From a candidate division WOR-3 bacterium (GTDB taxonomy: Bacteria > Hydrothermota > 32-111), in NCBI GenBank assembly GCA_037481815.1, contig JBBFKX010000003.1:32001-96000 (forward strand): DNA of 64,000 bases. Direction: 5' to 3'. Below, in pieces: positions 60,286-64,000 of this stretch (the first letter of the stretch is position 1; every line of letters begins with the position of its first letter). The notes beneath the pieces are model-generated. The model saw only the letters and a list, made by a program, of their open reading frames with translations. It ran no database searches and was not told where the DNA came from. The position numbers and the translations under genes were made by a program.

Positions 60286-62837
60286 TTTAGTCCTTCTAAA
60301 ATTTCCCCTACCCTTTCAAGTTTCAATCTGAATTCTTCTATCTTCAGTTTTGTTTCTTCTATCACTTCATTATCCGCTTTATTCAAAAAGTTTTCATTCT
60401 TTAAAAGTTTCTCATTTTTTTCGATCTCTTTTTCAAGTTCTTCTTTCTCCTTTTCAAGTTTTTTAATAAATGACCAAATATCTGATATATCTTTCGATTC
60501 AATATAAACTATTCCCTCTTCAAAAGGTTTTGCAACAACATTTTTTGGTATATTATCCTTGAATTCTATATTCTCGATTTTTGAAAGTTTTTTTATCAGT
60601 TCAACATTCTCCTTCAAAAAATTGAAATCTTTTCCATCATACCTGACAAAAATATTTTTTACTCCAGTTTCCTGAACAAGGTTTCTGATTGAAACTATCA
60701 AAGATTTCAACATTTCTACGAGTTCAAAACTCGTTTGATCAAAAAATTCAAAAAATTCATCCTCTTCCTGATGTATCATTTTTTTTGAACCTAAAAGGGA
60801 ATTTATCTCTTCAGAAATGTAGGGCATATAGGGATTGAGATCTCTTATAAATCTTTTTAAAACGAATAGAGCGTTTCTGTTTGATTTCGTTTTTATTTTC
60901 ATTATCTCAAGGTACCAATCACAGAACTCTTTCCAGAAAAAATTATACAACGACTCAGCACCATCAGATAATCTATAATTTTCAATTGAATTTTGAAAAT
61001 CTTTTTCAAATTTTGAAAGCAAATGTAAAATCCATCTATCAAATTCATCTTTCGTTTCTTTTTCTATGATTATTTCATTTTCATTATGACTTAAAATCAA
61101 CCTTGTCGCATTCCAGATTTTGTTAGCGAAATTTCTTCCAAGTTCAAAAGATTTTTCAGATATTTTCGGATCAGTTCCCTGTCCGGAAAGAAAAACGAGA
61201 GTGAATCTCAACGAGTCGGCACCAAACTTGTTTATAATAATCAAAGGATCTATTCCATTTCCCAGAGATTTTGACATTTTTATTCCACGGCTGTCTCGAA
61301 TAGTGCCATGGATGTAAATGTCTTCAAAAGGTAATTTTCCTGTAAATTCAATTCCAGCCATTATCATCCTTGCGATCCAGAAAAACAAAATTTCAGATGC
61401 TGAAACTATAACTCTTGTTGGATAGAAATATTTAAAGTCCTCTTTACCATCGATCCAACCGAGTGTAGCAAAAGGCCAGAGCCAGGACGAAAACCATGTA
61501 TCAAGCACATTTTCATCCTGATGAACATTTCCACCACAATCTGGACATTTTTCTATCCTATCAACTGAAACAATCTCCCTTTTACATTTTTCGCAGTAAA
61601 AAACAGGTATTCTGTGTCCCCACCACAACTGTCTTGATATACACCAAGGTTTTATGTTTGAGAGCCAGTGATTGTAAACTCCCTGCCATCTTTGAGGAAA
61701 GAATTTTAACTCTTTTTCAAAAGAAGCTTTTAATGCTGGTTTTGCGAGTTCATCCATTTTAACAAACCATTGTTCTGAAAGGTATGGTTCAACAACAGTT
61801 TTACACCTATAGCATTCTCCAACAGAGTGCTCATACTCCTCTATCTTTTCCAATAGATTTAAACTTTCAAGATCCTTTATTATCTCTTCACGGGCTTTGT
61901 ATCTATCAAGACCTTTATATTTACCACCATTTTCATTAACAAAACCTTTCGTATCGAGAACAACTATTTTTTCAAGAGAATGTTTTTCTCCCATAACAAA
62001 ATCGTTGGGATCATGTGCTGGAGTAACCTTTACAAATCCGGTTCCAAAATTAACATCAACAAACTCATCCCCGATGATTTTAACCTCTCTGTTTATAAGT
62101 GGAACTATAACGGTTTCACCTATGAGTTTACTCTTCGTTTCATCTGAAGGGTTAACCGCAACAGCAGTATCACCAAGCATCGTTTCGGGTCTTGTTGTTG
62201 CTACAACGACATATCCATCCCTATTTTTAAAAGGATATCTTATATAATAAAGTTTTCCTTTTTTTGGATTGTAATCTACCTCTTCGTCAGATAAAGCTGT
62301 ATGACATCTTGGACACCAGTTAACTATATAGTTCCCTTTATAGATGTATCCTTTTTCATAAAGTTTTTTAAACACGAACGAGACCGTTCTTGACATATCC
62401 TCATCAAGAGTGAATTTTGTCCTATCCCAATCACATGTTGCACCAAGAGCTTTCAGTTGGTTGAGAATGATGTTCTTATGTTCATCAGCCCATTTCCATA
62501 CCTCTTTTTCAAAACCCTCCCTTCCAAGATCCTCTTTCTTTTTTCCTTCTTTTTTCAATTTTCTTTCAACAACAACCTGAGTTGCTATTCCCGCATGATC
62601 CGTTCCCGGCACCCATAATGAGTTGTACCCTTTGTTTCTATGATACCTGATAAGTATATCCTGTATGGTGTTGTTGAACGCATGTCCAAGATGCAAAACA
62701 TCTGTAACATTTGGAGGTGGGATAACTATGGTGTAAGGTTTTTTTGTGTAATCGATATTCGCTTTAAAAGGTTTTTTTTCTTCGTAAATTGAATTCCATT
62801 TTCTTTCACACTCTTTAAAATCGTAAATCTTTTCCAT
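60282..62837 (-). CDS. valS: Valine--tRNA ligase
   Basis: PPPNVT, HLGH, DHAGIATQ, WCISRQLWWGH, KMSKS, C-terminal coiled coil; GGAG RBS gives start 62837. Confidence 0.98.
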   Translation of the reverse strand: MEKIYDFKECERKWNSIYEEKKPFKANIDYTKKPYTIVIPPPNVTDVLHLGHAFNNTIQDILIRYHRNKGYNSLWVPGTDHAGIATQVVVERKLKKEGKKKEDLGREGFEKEVWKWADEHKNIILNQLKALGATCDWDRTKFTLDEDMSRTVSFVFKKLYEKGYIYKGNYIVNWCPRCHTALSDEEVDYNPKKGKLYYIRYPFKNRDGYVVVATTRPETMLGDTAVAVNPSDETKSKLIGETVIVPLINREVKIIGDEFVDVNFGTGFVKVTPAHDPNDFVMGEKHSLEKIVVLDTKGFVNENGGKYKGLDRYKAREEIIKDLESLNLLEKIEEYEHSVGECYRCKTVVEPYLSEQWFVKMDELAKPALKASFEKELKFFPQRWQGVYNHWLSNIKPWCISRQLWWGHRIPVFYCEKCKREIVSVDRIEKCPDCGGNVHQDENVLDTWFSSWLWPFATLGWIDGKEDFKYFYPTRVIVSASEILFFWIARMIMAGIEFTGKLPFEDIYIHGTIRDSRGIKMSKSLGNGIDPLIIINKFGADSLRFTLVFLSGQGTDPKISEKSFELGRNFANKIWNATRLILSHNENEIIIEKETKDEFDRWILHLLSKFEKDFQNSIENYRLSDGAESLYNFFWKEFCDWYLEIMKIKTKSNRNALFVLKRFIRDLNPYMPYISEEINSLLGSKKMIHQEEDEFFEFFDQTSFELVEMLKSLIVSIRNLVQETGVKNIFVRYDGKDFNFLKENVELIKKLSKIENIEFKDNIPKNVVAKPFEEGIVYIESKDISDIWSFIKKLEKEKEELEKEIEKNEKLLKNENFLNKADNEVIEETKLKIEEFRLKLERVGEILEGLK

Positions 62838-62858
62838 AAAAACTCCAAAATAGTTTTT

Positions 62859-62929
62859 ATTATACAAAAATATCAAAAAAAGTAAATAAAAATGTTAATA
62901 TTGACTCATTAGAAAAATATGTATAAAAT
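62859..62929. promoter_or_regulatory. Divergent promoters: valS (minus, TTTACT-16-TATAAT) and downstream gene (plus, TTGACT-17-TAAAAT)
   Basis: attata 62859-62864 and agtaaa 62881-62886; ttgact 62901-62906 and taaaat 62924-62929. Confidence 0.6.
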
Positions 62930-62954
62930 TTTTTTTAAGGGAAAAGGAGATTTT

Positions 62955-64000
62955 ATGAAAAAAATCAATATTTTTTCTACAATTCTTTTGATATTGATAC
63001 TATTTTTGCCTTATAGTTCTTTCTCTCAAACTTTTAAAAACATAAAACTTTACTTATGGGATAATGATTATGGAGCAACTTTTGAAAACCCCGATCGACC
63101 TGGACAGTATATTGGTTATGAATACAATGTTGCAAAAGCTTTAAACTTTTTAGGTTATACGACAAATGTGAACCTTTTTATAGCAGATACACTCCCTTCA
63201 AGATTTGAACAACTAAGAAATTATCAAGCACTGTTCATAATAACAGGACATTATCCAGTACTTTCCAGAGATCAGATGTTTACATCACAGGAAGTTGGAC
63301 TTATGGCAGCATATCTTGATAGTGGTGGTTGTATCTATTTTGAGGGAAACAATTTTTTGGAATATCTGCAACACTATTTTAGATCTTTTGTTTACGCATA
63401 TTTCAACGATACAACAATAACATCAATCGTCGCAAGAGGAATAGATACTTTAAAAACTGATCCAACATCAAGTTTCACAAGAGATTATACTTTCACATAT
63501 CCTGCCTACTCTGTTTCAGATTCTGGAGTTGATTTTCTTTTCACAAACAATACTGGTTTAACAGAACCGAATTATTACAAAGTTTTATATTTTAACTCTT
63601 CCAACAAACTCTATAGATCAACAGCAACCGCATACACGCCACCTGAATCAAAAAGATATTACAGAGGAAGAATATTCTTACAATCAGTTGATCTTGGAGC
63701 GTTCTCATATTTTTCAACAAGAACATCAAGAAACCTTCCAGATTCAACAAAAAATCAATTGGTAAGAGCAGCATATTTAAGAGATATTTTAAGGTTTTTT
63801 GGATTTGCAAAGACATTACTTGTTGTCGATGATAAAACTGATACGATAGCAACACCAATTCAAAGAGTTATGAGTAGGTTGATAGATTTTGATACAGTAT
63901 TTGTTTCAACAAACGGCCCCTCATATAGAACACTGTCTAAATACAATTCTGTATTCTGGTACACAGACACAGTTGATTATCCTATAACAACAACTGACAC
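62955..64000 (+). CDS. Large secreted protein, 3'-truncated by window edge (absent from the ORF track)
   Basis: AGGAGA RBS; frame read by hand is open to 64000: MKKINIFSTILLILILFLPYSSFSQ signal peptide, ...YLDSGGCIYFEG..., then a second LLVVDD...YNSVFWYT unit. Confidence 0.85.
   Translation, partial: MKKINIFSTILLILILFLPYSSFSQTFKNIKLYLWDNDYGATFENPDRPGQYIGYEYNVAKALNFLGYTTNVNLFIADTLPSRFEQLRNYQALFIITGHYPVLSRDQMFTSQEVGLMAAYLDSGGCIYFEGNNFLEYLQHYFRSFVYAYFNDTTITSIVARGIDTLKTDPTSSFTRDYTFTYPAYSVSDSGVDFLFTNNTGLTEPNYYKVLYFNSSNKLYRSTATAYTPPESKRYYRGRIFLQSVDLGAFSYFSTRTSRNLPDSTKNQLVRAAYLRDILRFFGFAKTLLVVDDKTDTIATPIQRVMSRLIDFDTVFVSTNGPSYRTLSKYNSVFWYTDTVDYPITTTD

Noticed and set aside
62690..62725. ValRS PPPNVTD instead of the usual PPPNVTG
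   Set aside because: A single substitution with HLGH and KMSKS intact; no basis for claiming altered function.
62838..62954. T-box riboswitch upstream of valS
   Set aside because: The putative promoter is about 20 nt from the start codon, leaving no room for a leader; no T-box motif seen.

Overview
A very AT-rich, densely coding chromosomal segment from a diderm bacterium. It encodes a secretin, lipoproteins and beta-barrel-like proteins; an FCB-related lineage such as WOR-3/TA06 is my guess, not a result. I found no mobile elements, CRISPR arrays or rRNA. About 60 CDSs lie mostly on the minus strand. Housekeeping genes include rarA, a znuACB-like set, glyA, ispG, murA, recA/recX, cinA, thpR, efp, plsY, ftsB, eno, gatCAB, pcrA/uvrD, valS and one tRNA-Val(TAC). 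The standout is a ~23 kb type IV pilus/polarity/chemosensory region (about 20.5-43.7 kb). It has an Xis/BldC-like HTH gene heading pilMNOPQ, with 10-bp phased repeats and DnaA boxes over its promoter, and a divergent leaderless CheY-like receiver. It also has a 19-gene apparent operon: TPR - efp - pilT-like - mglA (no mglB) - tandem DnaA-like AAA+ protein lacking the DNA-binding domain - DUF4388/MshEN/TPR - cheR - cheD - cheB - TPR - cheW - pgpA - cinA - thpR - recA - recX - SPFH - DUF401 - lipoprotein. No cheA or MCP gene is in the window. Other oddities are an ORF reading through the tRNA gene, a probable M24 pseudo-peptidase, several leaderless genes and frequent D-S/T-hydrophobic motifs in exported proteins. 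All family calls come from motif recognition by eye; no database search was run.
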